From an uncultured Verrucomicrobiae bacterium (GTDB lineage Bacteria; Verrucomicrobiota; Verrucomicrobiia; Chthoniobacterales; JAATET01): a DNA stretch of 64,000 nt. Where the stretch lies: assembly GCA_963719495.1 (NCBI GenBank), contig CAVRCI010000005.1, positions 32,001 to 96,000 on the forward strand, written 5' to 3'. Below, one piece after another: positions 9,254 through 18,949 of the stretch (the first letter of the stretch is position 1; every line of letters begins with the position of its first letter). Position numbers and translations under genes: made by a program. The notes beneath the pieces are model-generated. The model saw only the letters and a list, made by a program, of their open reading frames with translations, ran no database searches and had not been told where the DNA came from.

Positions 9254-9922
9254 TCAAGGCTCGATGATGTGATTGCGGATCGCATACCGCACCAGATCGC
9301 TGAACGTCGCCATCCCGAGTTTCCGCATGACCGCCGCCCGGTGCGTCTCCGCCGTCTTGACGCTGATCCCCAGCGTGGTCGCAACCTCCTTGTTGCTCTT
9401 GCCCTCCGCCAACAACTGCACCGTCTCCCGCTCCCGCAACGTCAGCCGCGATTCCTCACCCGCCTTCGCTTCCCAGCCCTCCGCATCCGCGGTCGCCCCC
9501 GCTTTCAGATAAGCGTCGAAGACCAAGTCGCTCACCTTCGAGCTGAAATACCGTTTGCCCTCGCCCACCGTGCGGATCGCCTTGAGCAGGTGCGTGCCCA
9601 CGTCCGACTTCAGCACGTAACCGGCGGCGCCCGCCTGAAACACCTCGTGCACGAGCCGCTCCGCGTCGTGCATCGTGAAGATGATCACCTTCGAATCCGG
9701 AGCGACCCGCCGGATCTGCCGCGTCGCGTCGATCCCGTTGAGTTCCGGCATAGAGATGTCGAGCAGCACGACGTCGGGCTGCAATTTCTCGGCCTGCTGC
9801 ACCGCGTCCCGCCCGTCGACCGCCTGACCGCAAACGCGACAGCAATCCTCACCTTCGATCATCGCCGCGATCCCCTGCCGCACGATCTCGTGGTCGTCGG
9901 CTATCAGGATTTTCAATTTCAT
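9254..9922 (-). CDS. NarL/LuxR-family response regulator
   Basis: IADDH, LLDISMP and YVLKS in the receiver domain. HTH LTLRERE...GKSNKEVA...TAETHR. Confidence 0.95.
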   Translation of the reverse strand: MKLKILIADDHEIVRQGIAAMIEGEDCCRVCGQAVDGRDAVQQAEKLQPDVVLLDISMPELNGIDATRQIRRVAPDSKVIIFTMHDAERLVHEVFQAGAAGYVLKSDVGTHLLKAIRTVGEGKRYFSSKVSDLVFDAYLKAGATADAEGWEAKAGEESRLTLRERETVQLLAEGKSNKEVATTLGISVKTAETHRAAVMRKLGMATFSDLVRYAIRNHIIEP

Positions 9923-9966
9923 CGCGCGGGGGTTACGGGAGTTTCCCGATGCCGTTTCTACGAAAC

Positions 9967-11013
9967 TCACCCCGCGATCGGATGGCAATCCAAAGAAACG
10001 AACGCCTGCACCTTCGTTCCAGCCGCGCTACCCGTCACCGAAAGGGTCCCGCCGAACTGCTCGATCCGCTCCCGCATTCCCAAGAGACCGACGCCCAAAG
10101 GGGCCATGGCGCCGCCCTCCCCGTCGAGTCCCACCCCATCGTCCGCGACTTGGACGGCCACCCCGGCCTCCAAGGCCTCGATCGAAATCTCCACCCGCGT
10201 CGCGCCCGAATGCCGGTGCACGTTCGACAGCGATTCCTGCACGACGCGAAAGAGCGCGGTGGCCACGTCCGACGGCAGCCGCGGCATCTCCGTCGCCGCC
10301 TTCAAGTCGACGACCGTCCCCGTCCGCTTCGTGAATCCATCGATGAACAGCCGGACCGCAAAAACCAGCCCCACCTCGTCGAGCAGCGGCGGGTGCAGCA
10401 GGTGCGAGATGGTTCGAATCTCGTCGCAGCACTGATTCGCCATTCCGCGCGTCTCGTCGACGATCCGCCGAGCCTGCGGACTCCGGTCGCCCGGCAGACC
10501 GTCGAGAATCGCCAGATTCATCTGGATCGCCGTGAGGACCTGCGCCGTCGAGTCGTGCAATTCCCGGGCGATCCGCCGCCGCTCGTCGTCCTGCGCGGCC
10601 AGCAATTTCCCCGAGAGCTGCCGCCGCTCATCGTCCGCCGCCCGCAACGAGTCGCTGAGCCGCTCGATCTCGCGCGCGAGCAACGACACCTCGTCGCGGC
10701 CCGCCGTCGCGAGCTTCAGCGGCTTCCCGCGCGCCTCCGCAACGCTCCGCTGCAGGTTGCGAATCGGTGCCAGCACCGCCCGGTCCAGCCCGAAAAAAAC
10801 CAGGAGAAACAATCCGCCACCCGCGACGGTGAACGCCACCAGCAGCACGCTCACGAATTGCCGCCGCGTCTCCACCGCCGAAGTCAACGGGTCCATCGCC
10901 GCCCCGCCGTCGAGAAACCCCGCCACCAATTGCGTCGAAAGCACGAACACCCCCGAAAAGAGCAGCACCATCGCGCCCGCGAAAATGAGCAGCGTCTTCG
11001 TGCGAATCTTCAT
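9967..11013 (-). CDS. HisKA_3 (NarX-like) sensor histidine kinase
   Basis: Two TM helices, a HAMP-like segment, ERRRIARELHD, QESLSNVHRHS, DDGVG and GLLGMRER. Confidence 0.93.
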   Translation of the reverse strand: MKIRTKTLLIFAGAMVLLFSGVFVLSTQLVAGFLDGGAAMDPLTSAVETRRQFVSVLLVAFTVAGGGLFLLVFFGLDRAVLAPIRNLQRSVAEARGKPLKLATAGRDEVSLLAREIERLSDSLRAADDERRQLSGKLLAAQDDERRRIARELHDSTAQVLTAIQMNLAILDGLPGDRSPQARRIVDETRGMANQCCDEIRTISHLLHPPLLDEVGLVFAVRLFIDGFTKRTGTVVDLKAATEMPRLPSDVATALFRVVQESLSNVHRHSGATRVEISIEALEAGVAVQVADDGVGLDGEGGAMAPLGVGLLGMRERIEQFGGTLSVTGSAAGTKVQAFVSLDCHPIAG

Positions 11014-11086
11014 AATTCAAGGGAGTGAGGCCGTCCCGTCCTCATGAATGCATTCGCGCGGACGAGACGTCCCCACTCCGATAAAT

Positions 11087-12352
11087 TCACCGCACCACCC
11101 CCGGCGCGCTCACCGCCGCCGGCGGCTTCGTCTTCGGCAGCATGATCTTGCTCAACGAGAAGATCGGGCCGTAAATCGCGTAAACCAGCAAACCCACGAA
11201 CACCCCCATCACCACGATCGTGATCGGCTCGAGAATCTTGTCGATCTGACCCGCGATCGTGTCCAGGTCGTCCTCGTAGTCCGCCGCGATCTCGTCGAGC
11301 ATCTCGTTCGCGCTGCCGGTCTCCCCCGCGATCTGCATCATCGCCGCCATCATCCGCCCATCCGGTCCGAGCCGCCCCGACTCCTGCAAAAAACTCTCCG
11401 GCAGCGACTCGCCCTCCGCCACGCGGTCACGGATCACCAGAAAAAATTCCCGAAAGTCCACGTGTGAAGAACTCGCCGCCACGATCTCGAGCGCCGTGCT
11501 GATCCGCACCCCCGCCTGCAGCAACATCGCGAGCACGCGGAAACTTACCGCCGCCGCCGACTTCCGAATGATCGGCCCCACCGTCGGCACCTTGACGATG
11601 AACCGCTGCACCGCCGGGATCCGGTAAATTTCCGGCCACTTCTTGAAAAAATAAAACAGCCCCACGAAAGGCAGCACCGCCAGGTAGGGTCGGTGCAGCA
11701 GCAGGTCCGAGAGCCACATCATGGCCCGAGTCGCCAACGGCAACCCCGCGCCCATCGACGCGTAGAGCTTCGCGATCGCCGGCACCAACGTGAAGCTCAT
11801 CACGATCACCACCGTCACCGCGATGAACAGCACGATCGCCGGATAGATCATCCCGCCTTTCAGCTTTTTGATGATCCGGAGCGTCTTCTGGTTGCCCGTC
11901 GCGATGCGCTGACACACCAGCGACAATTGACCCGATTCCTCGCCCGCCCGCACGAGGGCCAGCACGTCATCGGTGAACAGCTTCGGGTAACGCCCGAGCG
12001 CGTCGCTAAATTTTTCCCCCTCCAAGATTTGCTGGATCACCCCCGCGATCGCGCCGCGATACGCCGGCGACTTCACCCGCCCGGCCTGCATCCCGAGCGC
12101 CTTCACCGCCGAAATATTCCGGTCGAGGCAGCGCCCCAACCCCCCGAACAACGCGATGCGATCCTCGATCGTCGGCTTCTTCCCGGTCGAGCGATGCGTG
12201 AATTCGTCCGCGCCCGTGATCGACTTCACGACCGCCGTCTCCGTCACCGCCTTCCCCGATCCCAGGATCGCCAACTCGTCGTCGTCCGTGTCGACCATGA
12301 GGACCGTCCGCTTCGCCGTGATCGTGTCCGTGAGGGTAACCTGCTTCAGCAT
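11087..12352 (-). CDS. PilC/GspF platform protein
   Basis: AGEESGQL, MIYPAIV, AGETG and ILEPITI. Start taken as ATG 12352; the longer track ORF overlaps the next gene. Confidence 0.9.
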   Translation of the reverse strand: MLKQVTLTDTITAKRTVLMVDTDDDELAILGSGKAVTETAVVKSITGADEFTHRSTGKKPTIEDRIALFGGLGRCLDRNISAVKALGMQAGRVKSPAYRGAIAGVIQQILEGEKFSDALGRYPKLFTDDVLALVRAGEESGQLSLVCQRIATGNQKTLRIIKKLKGGMIYPAIVLFIAVTVVIVMSFTLVPAIAKLYASMGAGLPLATRAMMWLSDLLLHRPYLAVLPFVGLFYFFKKWPEIYRIPAVQRFIVKVPTVGPIIRKSAAAVSFRVLAMLLQAGVRISTALEIVAASSSHVDFREFFLVIRDRVAEGESLPESFLQESGRLGPDGRMMAAMMQIAGETGSANEMLDEIAADYEDDLDTIAGQIDKILEPITIVVMGVFVGLLVYAIYGPIFSLSKIMLPKTKPPAAVSAPGVVR

Positions 12353-12363
12353 CCGCAAAAAAA

Positions 12364-12786
12364 TCAGCGCACCGTCGGCCGCACCAGCTCCATGTCGTGA
12401 CTCCGCGTCGCGCTCGCGTCGCCGCCCGTCCACGTCCCCGCCGACCACGAACCGGTCGCCGCCGAAGCCCGGACGACCAGCGTGCAAGTCGTCCGCTCCA
12501 TCGACAACCCATCGACGTCGACCAGCACCGCCGGACTCGGCGAGAACGTCACCGACACCACGGCGGGATCCGCCGGGAGCAGAGCCGCAATCTCGTTGGT
12601 GTTCATCCCGAGATGGTAAAGCCGCGCCGCCTGCTCTTGAAGGTTTAACGCCCGCGCGACCCGCGCGTTCGCCTCGCCCTGCGCCGTGACCGCGAGCGTC
12701 ATCGACACCGCCGCCAACACCGCCACCGCGAGGATCGCGCCCGCGACCATCACTTCGACCAGCGAATATGCGCCCTTCCGGCTCAC
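12364..12786 (-). CDS. PilV-like minor pilin
   Basis: MSRKGA|YSLVEVMV. GTGA overlap with the upstream stop. Confidence 0.8.
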   Translation of the reverse strand: MSRKGAYSLVEVMVAGAILAVAVLAAVSMTLAVTAQGEANARVARALNLQEQAARLYHLGMNTNEIAALLPADPAVVSVTFSPSPAVLVDVDGLSMERTTCTLVVRASAATGSWSAGTWTGGDASATRSHDMELVRPTVR

Positions 12787-14117
12787 GGCGAAAACACCTC
12801 CAACCAGCCGTCCCGCGCCGTGAGCTGATCCAGCAAGCGCGGCTCCGGCTCCCGGGCAAAAGTCAGCGTCCCGGTCGGCACCGTGACGTCCCGATCCGAC
12901 CGCAGACCGCCCCGGATTCCGAGAGCGGGCGAGCTGATGTTCAGAGTCAGCGGGCAATTTTCCAGCGTGAAAATCCCCCGCCATTCAGCCGCCGCCCCCG
13001 ACAGGAAATTAAAGTTCACGCCAGTTCCATCCAGCTTCTTCACCGCGAACACGAGCTTCCGTTCACTGAACCCGGTAAAATCCACATTGACCAAGTCCGG
13101 TGATCCCAACGGCTGAACGAACACGACGAGCAACGCGATGTGGAGATCGGCCGCATCGCCCTCGGCCACGGTCGTCTGACCGGTGAATACGATCCGCGAT
13201 GTATTCCCCTCGATGAAAACGGCCTCCAGATTCGGGTTCGACAAATCGAGCGTCACCGTCCCAGCCCCGTCCGAGCTCCAGCCCACCCCGCTCGTGCCAC
13301 TGGTCCCGTCGACGAGCACCGGGCTCTTCAACTTCGCAAAGAGCTCATTCGGGCCCCCGCCATTCTTGATCACGTTCAACCGCCCGGCGAAATCCGCAGA
13401 CGTCCCGACATCTCCACTCGTCCGCGCGACGAACGGGAAGTTCGCCACCAGCACGTCGGGCGGCAAGCTCGACGGCGCGTTGAAGGTCGTCGCTGAGATC
13501 GAGCCCGCGCCCGCGAACCACACCACCGCTTCACCCAGCACACCGACGGATCCCGACACCAGGGTCGTCGGTGCCGCGTTGAGCGTCGGCTTGTTTCGGG
13601 TCAGCAACGTTCCCGCCAACTCCGGCGAATAAGAACGCAGCAAAACATTCCGGACGGTCGGAAAAGGATCGCCCGCCACCGCGGCCAACGCGACCGACCG
13701 CGTGACCGAGAAACCGGCACCGTCGGCCGGATTAAAGTGATTCCAACCATTCGGACCGACCGTGGACTCGAGCGGAACCAGCGCGGACCCAATCGCCGCC
13801 GTCGACATCACCCCCCAACCACCGCCCACGTCGGCGGTGACCGCCGGCGCGTTTGCGACATTCTTTGTCAGCAGACGCGTCGCGAAATACTGCCGCGCCA
13901 ACGCCGTCGCGTTCAGCTCGGCCACCCGCCGCTGCGAAGCATCCGTCATCGTCTCCACGTAAGCCGTCTCCGCCGACATCACCGCCACCCAACCCGCCGA
14001 CAGCGCCCCGCCCACCAGGATCACCACCAACACAATGAGTAACACCCCTCCCCTTGAGGAGCGGCGATTTTCAATCGCCGAACCAACCCTCAGGCGAAGC
14101 CTCATCCCCCCCCTCAT
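12783..14117 (-). CDS. PilX/GspK-like minor pilin with a family C REP in its leader
   Basis: SRGG-VLLIVLVVIL (no E5). ATGA overlap at 14114-14117. Confidence 0.72.
   Translation of the reverse strand: MRGGMRLRLRVGSAIENRRSSRGGVLLIVLVVILVGGALSAGWVAVMSAETAYVETMTDASQRRVAELNATALARQYFATRLLTKNVANAPAVTADVGGGWGVMSTAAIGSALVPLESTVGPNGWNHFNPADGAGFSVTRSVALAAVAGDPFPTVRNVLLRSYSPELAGTLLTRNKPTLNAAPTTLVSGSVGVLGEAVVWFAGAGSISATTFNAPSSLPPDVLVANFPFVARTSGDVGTSADFAGRLNVIKNGGGPNELFAKLKSPVLVDGTSGTSGVGWSSDGAGTVTLDLSNPNLEAVFIEGNTSRIVFTGQTTVAEGDAADLHIALLVVFVQPLGSPDLVNVDFTGFSERKLVFAVKKLDGTGVNFNFLSGAAAEWRGIFTLENCPLTLNISSPALGIRGGLRSDRDVTVPTGTLTFAREPEPRLLDQLTARDGWLEVFSP
14058..14080. repeat. Family C palindrome inside a pilin leader
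   Basis: GGAGCGGCGATTTTCAATCGCCG is identical to the intergenic copy at 48888-48910. Confidence 0.9.
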
Positions 14118-15211
14118 AACGCCGGAAACATCGGAACCGCAAAAAACAGCGAAGTCCGCCCCCCCATGCCCGCGTAGCTCGCCCGCGCCTCCGTCGCGCC
14201 GTCGGCCCCCACGGTCGCCGCCCCGAAATCCATCGCCGCCGGATCCGGCCACCAAAGAAAATAAAACGGCCCACCCCGCGCCACCTTCAACCGATCCACG
14301 GCATCACCCTCCACCGACACCCGCCGCGCCGACCGTTCGAACGCCACGACCACCGGACTGAACGCGACCGACCCGCCGCCCGCAATCTCCGGGTAAAACA
14401 CATCGTAAAAATCCGTCATCGCCGTCCCCACGTAGCGCCGCACGCTCACGTAAGTCCCCTTGGGCGAAGTCGTCGTCACGAAATCAACGTCGTAAATCGC
14501 GTGCACTACCAACTCCTCCGGATCCGCCGAAGGTTGCAGCAAAAACACCGACGCGTTCTGAGCCCCCGACGCACCGCGGTAGGACACGAAGGCCGCCGGA
14601 TTCGGGAGCAAAGCCCGAAACGCGTCCGGCGAATCCGTCCCCCGCCCGACCGCACCCGCCGCCACGGCAATAATCTGCGGACGTTGCTCGTTCAGCCCGC
14701 TGCGACCCAGACAGAAGACCGCGCTCGACCGCCCGACATCCTCCCAGAACAAATCGCGCAACCGATCCGCCGCCGCCCGCCGCCCGTAATTCGGAGCCAC
14801 GAACGCGTCCGTCCCCACGGCGTCGAGCCCATAGAAATTGAGCATCGCCGGCTTCCCGATCGTCACGAACTCGAACGTTGCCGTCGCCCGCCGCCCCGCG
14901 CCCAGACTTTGAAAAACGATCACCCCCACCGTGATCACCGCCACCCCGATCGCGAGAGCCACCGCCACCTCCACCAACGAGAAGCCCCTCGTCCAAGGGT
15001 AGGGCAGCCGGGCCCCGGGTGCCGTCGCCTTCACGCTCGCGCGCCCGACCCGACCGATTCGCTCCGCCAAGCCGGGGGTCTCGCGAGATAGCGGTCCCGC
15101 ATCCGAAGAACCTCGCGATTGGTGAAAGAAGTGGGCACCCGGCGGCGCGGCTGCCCTACCCGGGCAACGAAGCCGCCGGCGGCGGCTGAGGCTACCGGGC
15201 GGCGCGAGCAT
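14114..15211 (-). CDS. PilW-like minor pilin with a family D REP in its leader (start 15211 or GTG 15034)
   Basis: TRG|FSLVEVAVAL motif and position in the operon. Confidence 0.8.
   Translation of the reverse strand: MLAPPGSLSRRRRLRCPGRAAAPPGAHFFHQSRGSSDAGPLSRETPGLAERIGRVGRASVKATAPGARLPYPWTRGFSLVEVAVALAIGVAVITVGVIVFQSLGAGRRATATFEFVTIGKPAMLNFYGLDAVGTDAFVAPNYGRRAAADRLRDLFWEDVGRSSAVFCLGRSGLNEQRPQIIAVAAGAVGRGTDSPDAFRALLPNPAAFVSYRGASGAQNASVFLLQPSADPEELVVHAIYDVDFVTTTSPKGTYVSVRRYVGTAMTDFYDVFYPEIAGGGSVAFSPVVVAFERSARRVSVEGDAVDRLKVARGGPFYFLWWPDPAAMDFGAATVGADGATEARASYAGMGGRTSLFFAVPMFPAL
14997..15161. repeat. GTAG-type REP doublet, family D, inside a prepilin leader
   Basis: GGGTAGGGCAGCCG...GGGTGCC and its inverse GGCACCCGG...CGGCTGCCCTACCC. 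Another copy lies at 24218. Confidence 0.88.
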
Positions 15212-15833
15212 CTTTCGCCACCTCCCGCGGCTGCTTGGTCACGACCATCGGCACCCGGCTTCCGTTCGCTCCCGCCGCCGCGGAGCCGCCGCTCAGCGCC
15301 TCCGTCACGCGCGGCTCCAGCCGGATCGGGATGAAGATCTTCCGCGTCGGCTCGCTTGGCTGCGTCTCGATCCACTCGATTTCCATCACCGTTTCGAAGA
15401 TTTGGACCACCCGCAGCGTCTGCGTCTGACCCTCGAGCACGGGCGGAAGCGTCGTCCCATTCTCCAGGATCAAATCGCCGAAGAGCACCTTCCACCCATC
15501 CGCGCCCCGCGTCCGCCCCGTCACGCGCAGTCCGTCCAGCACGGCGCGGATCTGATTCTCCTCGCTGGCCGTGTTGTCCGGAGCCTCTTCGATCTCGAGC
15601 TTCGGCACCTCTTTTTTGGCAAATGGATTCCGCGCCGTCTCCGCCACCGACGCCGCCCGACGATCACCCGGCAGGATCCCGACCGCATCCGCGACGTCCT
15701 GCGACCAACCCGTTGACAAAAACGTCAGCGAGACCAAGGCGGCGACCAACCATCTCGCGATCCCCGCTCCCGGCCCATCCGCGGAATCCGCAAAATCCGC
15801 GGTCCAAAAAAATTCACCGTCCGAGGTCTTCAT
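15192..15833 (-). CDS. Exported protein, PilP-like by position
   Basis: ATGA overlap at 15830-15833, signal peptide and RNPF motif. Confidence 0.6.
   Translation of the reverse strand: MKTSDGEFFWTADFADSADGPGAGIARWLVAALVSLTFLSTGWSQDVADAVGILPGDRRAASVAETARNPFAKKEVPKLEIEEAPDNTASEENQIRAVLDGLRVTGRTRGADGWKVLFGDLILENGTTLPPVLEGQTQTLRVVQIFETVMEIEWIETQPSEPTRKIFIPIRLEPRVTEALSGGSAAAGANGSRVPMVVTKQPREVAKDARAAR
15777..15803. repeat. Short ATCCGC-periodic motif (family E-like) in a signal-peptide n-region
   Basis: ATCCGCGGAATCCGCAAAATCCGCGGT resembles the intergenic copy at 19283-19312. Confidence 0.6.
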
Positions 15834-16384
15834 GGTGCCGCCGTCACCTCCTTCGCGAGCAGCGGCACGTCGAGCACGAGATTGAGCCGGATGTCGTTGC
15901 CGTTCTCGCCGCGCACAATTTTGAGGTCCGTCACCCGTGACGACGGCATCGTCTCCTCGACCTGTCCGAGCCAATTGAGCGTCTTCGCAAAATCATCTTC
16001 AAAGGTCAGGTGCGCCCGCAGCACCCGCGGGATCGCGTCGTTCCCCGCGTTCGCCGCGACTTCGAAGCGCTGCGCCAGCGTGACGAGACCAGCCTCCTTC
16101 ACCCGTGAAGCGACGTTCAGCTCGCCGCCTTCCGGCGTGTCGACCTGCGACAGCGGACCCACCCACGCGTCGAGAAATTCCCGCATCGCGGCCGACGTCT
16201 CCTCGATCCCCCGCATGGCCGCGCGCTCCGTCCCGAGCAGCAGCTCCGTCCCGCCAGCCAGGGCCTGCGCGTCGGCCACCTCGTTCTGCAAAGCCACCAG
16301 ACGCTTACGCACCTCGACCACACCTTGAAGCATGAGCAAGGCGAGCAGTCCGACGACGATCACCGCGAAGTGCTTGCGGTTCAT
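15830..16384 (-). CDS. PilO-like protein
   Basis: N-terminal TM helix, coiled coil and ferredoxin-like C-terminus. ATGA overlap. Confidence 0.65.
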   Translation of the reverse strand: MNRKHFAVIVVGLLALLMLQGVVEVRKRLVALQNEVADAQALAGGTELLLGTERAAMRGIEETSAAMREFLDAWVGPLSQVDTPEGGELNVASRVKEAGLVTLAQRFEVAANAGNDAIPRVLRAHLTFEDDFAKTLNWLGQVEETMPSSRVTDLKIVRGENGNDIRLNLVLDVPLLAKEVTAAP

Positions 16385-16953
16385 TCGTCCGCCCCCCCGC
16401 CGGTTTGCCGGATGAGCGTGGCCTCGTAGGCGATCTGATTCCCCTCCTGACTCTGCTGCGCGGAGAATGGCCGGAAATCGGCACCCCGCACGGCGGCGAT
16501 CACGGGTTCCAACGCCGCGCCTTCGCTGGCCTGCAATTTGATCGCGATCTGCACCTGCCGGTCCGTCGCGGTGTCTCGGCTCAGGTCGAGTTCCACGATG
16601 GCCGCCCGCTCGGAGACGCTGTCCGCGACGGCGACCGCGAGCGGCTGGAGATTCGCCGATCCTTCGACCCAGCGCAGAACGTCGCTCGCGCGCTTGGCCT
16701 TGGTCTCGAGCGCGGCGCGTTCGATCTTCGTCCGCTCCAGGTTGGTCTGCGCCTCCGCCCCGCGCTCCCGGGCGGCCAGCAGCTCGCCGTTGGCCTGACC
16801 AATTTGCAGGATCGTCACCGTCGAGAGCACGATGGCCGCGAAGGTGCAGAGGTAAAACAGGAGCGGCACCAGTCGCAGCGTCACCGCCAGCGGCGGCAGC
16901 ACGTCGGGCCGACCCATCTTCAGGTCGTGAACGGTCTCCGGCGCGATGATCAC
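16381..16953 (-). CDS. PilN-like protein
   Basis: TM helix plus coiled coil, in M-N-O-P gene order. Confidence 0.6.
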   Translation of the reverse strand: MIIAPETVHDLKMGRPDVLPPLAVTLRLVPLLFYLCTFAAIVLSTVTILQIGQANGELLAARERGAEAQTNLERTKIERAALETKAKRASDVLRWVEGSANLQPLAVAVADSVSERAAIVELDLSRDTATDRQVQIAIKLQASEGAALEPVIAAVRGADFRPFSAQQSQEGNQIAYEATLIRQTGGGADE

Positions 16954-16987
16954 GAGATCCCGCCCTCCAATTTTTCACCGCGCGCGC

Positions 16988-17881
16988 TCATCGATCCGCC
17001 AGCACGCTCCACAGTTGATCGTCCCGTCCGTGCTCCACGATCTCGGCCTTCGGGAGTCTTTCGCGCAGCGCGCCAAGCATCGCCGAATCGGCGTGATCGG
17101 CCGCGAAATGCACCACCGCCCCGCCGTCCAACCGCGCGATCAGCGGCTCGAGAATTTTGGTCACCGGCTCGACGTCCCCGTCCTTGTAGAGATCGCTCCG
17201 CGACCGCAGGTCCGTCCACAGCTCGCCCGATTCGAGCATCGCGCACACCGACCCCTCGCAACACACCACGAACAAAACGCTCGAACGCCGGGCGGTCGCC
17301 TCCTCCTTCTCCCGGCCCGCCTTCCCGCCCGGATGCACGATCTCGAGCAGCCGCCGGAGCATCGCGTAGGTCCCGCAAGAGATCCGGCCGACGCTCAACC
17401 CGGCATCGCGCAACACACCCTCGGTTTGTTTGATCTGCTCCTCTTCGACGGTCAGCAGGATGGTCGCGACGCTCTCGGGATTATTCGTCAGAGCGTAGCG
17501 CTTCCCCCGCTCGTAACGTCCGCCGAGCACCGCGCGTGGATTCGATCGCAGCAACTGCTCGATTCCGGGTTTGCGCGAAACGTTCGTCTCGAGGCTGATC
17601 ACGTAGCGGGCGTTCAGCGACACCGCGCACCACCCGTCGTCGGTGAGCGCCCGCCACTCCGCCGCCATCGCCGCAGCGATTTCCTTGAAATCTCCAGCCT
17701 GCTCGCCGCCCTCGACGAACTTCCCGTTTCGGGCCACGCCCTTCCACGAGGTTTGCCCACGCCCGACGTTGAGAAGCAGCGTCCGCTTTCCCGCAAACCG
17801 CCGCGCCCAGGACTCCGCCGGATCGTCCGGCTCGGGTCGGAACGCCCGGAAGGCCAGCACGCTCTTGATGTCGGCCAGCAT
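16988..17881 (-). CDS. Cytoplasmic protein, PilM/GspL-like by position
   Basis: TGATG overlap with pilT and no TM segment. Function inferred from synteny only. Confidence 0.55.
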   Translation of the reverse strand: MLADIKSVLAFRAFRPEPDDPAESWARRFAGKRTLLLNVGRGQTSWKGVARNGKFVEGGEQAGDFKEIAAAMAAEWRALTDDGWCAVSLNARYVISLETNVSRKPGIEQLLRSNPRAVLGGRYERGKRYALTNNPESVATILLTVEEEQIKQTEGVLRDAGLSVGRISCGTYAMLRRLLEIVHPGGKAGREKEEATARRSSVLFVVCCEGSVCAMLESGELWTDLRSRSDLYKDGDVEPVTKILEPLIARLDGGAVVHFAADHADSAMLGALRERLPKAEIVEHGRDDQLWSVLADR

Positions 17882-18933
17882 CAGACCTCGATCCTCCCCT
17901 GCGCATCGAGGTAATCCTCGACCTCTTCGCGACCAAATCCCGTCGGCCGCGGCGAGCTGCTGCGGAACCCATCGGCCTCCCGCAGCTCGATGCTTTTGTC
18001 GAAATTATTCATCCCGCGTTTCCAGCCGGTCTCGAGTTCCTGGTCCAATTTTTTGAAATCCCCGCGCCGGATGAGGTTCACCACCCCATCGTATTGCAGC
18101 AGCACCTCATGGATCGGGAACCGCTTGTTCTTTTCGGTGTCGAGCATCAGGCGCTGACACAAAATCAGCCGCAAACAATCGGCCATCGTCGCCTGCGCGG
18201 TCTCCATCCGGTCCGACGGAATCAATTTGAGAAAACGGCTCACCGTCTGCGCGGCCGACGACGTGTGGAGCGTCGCCACCACCGCGTGCCCGGTCTCCGA
18301 CGCCTGCAGCGCGATCTCCGCCGTCTCGCCATCGCGAATCTCGCCCACCACGATCACGTCCGGAGCCTGCCGCAGAGCCGCCCGCAGTGCTCCGGCGAAA
18401 TCGTGTTCGTCGCTGCCCATCTCCCGCTGCGACACCAGCGAGGGATAGGTCTCCGGGTAAACGAACTCGATCGGATCTTCGAAGGTGATCACGTGCTCCC
18501 GCCGCCGCTCCGCCCGATACCGCACCATCGAGGCGATCGTCGTCGACTTGCCGCTGCCCGTCGCCCCGCACACGAGAAAGAGCCCGTTCTTGCTCTCGAG
18601 AAAAGCTTTCAGCGCCGGCGGTGGGATTTGGATCGCGTCCGGATCGGGAATGTCCCGCGGCAGGAGACGCAGCACCCAGCGAAACCGCCCCTTCGTCACC
18701 ATCCGGCTCACGCGGAACCGGTGCGGCCCGATGTCCATCGCGTAATCCAAACACCCGGCGTGCATCTCGGGCAAGGCCGCCGGTTCGTAGCGAAAGTCGT
18801 CGATGATGAGTTCGCCGTTCGTCTTGTAACAAAGCGGGTCCCCCGGCGTGACGTAGAAATCACTGACGCCGGAATCCTCGGCAAGCGCGACGATGCGCGC
18901 GCCGAGCGGGGAATGTGCGGTGACGTCGTCCAT
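17881..18933 (-). CDS. pilT: PilT/PilU retraction ATPase
   Basis: GATGSGKST, ITFEDPIEF, ALRAALRQAPD and ETGHAVVATLH. Confidence 0.88.
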   Translation of the reverse strand: MDDVTAHSPLGARIVALAEDSGVSDFYVTPGDPLCYKTNGELIIDDFRYEPAALPEMHAGCLDYAMDIGPHRFRVSRMVTKGRFRWVLRLLPRDIPDPDAIQIPPPALKAFLESKNGLFLVCGATGSGKSTTIASMVRYRAERRREHVITFEDPIEFVYPETYPSLVSQREMGSDEHDFAGALRAALRQAPDVIVVGEIRDGETAEIALQASETGHAVVATLHTSSAAQTVSRFLKLIPSDRMETAQATMADCLRLILCQRLMLDTEKNKRFPIHEVLLQYDGVVNLIRRGDFKKLDQELETGWKRGMNNFDKSIELREADGFRSSSPRPTGFGREEVEDYLDAQGRIEV

Positions 18934-18949
18934 GAGCTTAGCGAGTTCG

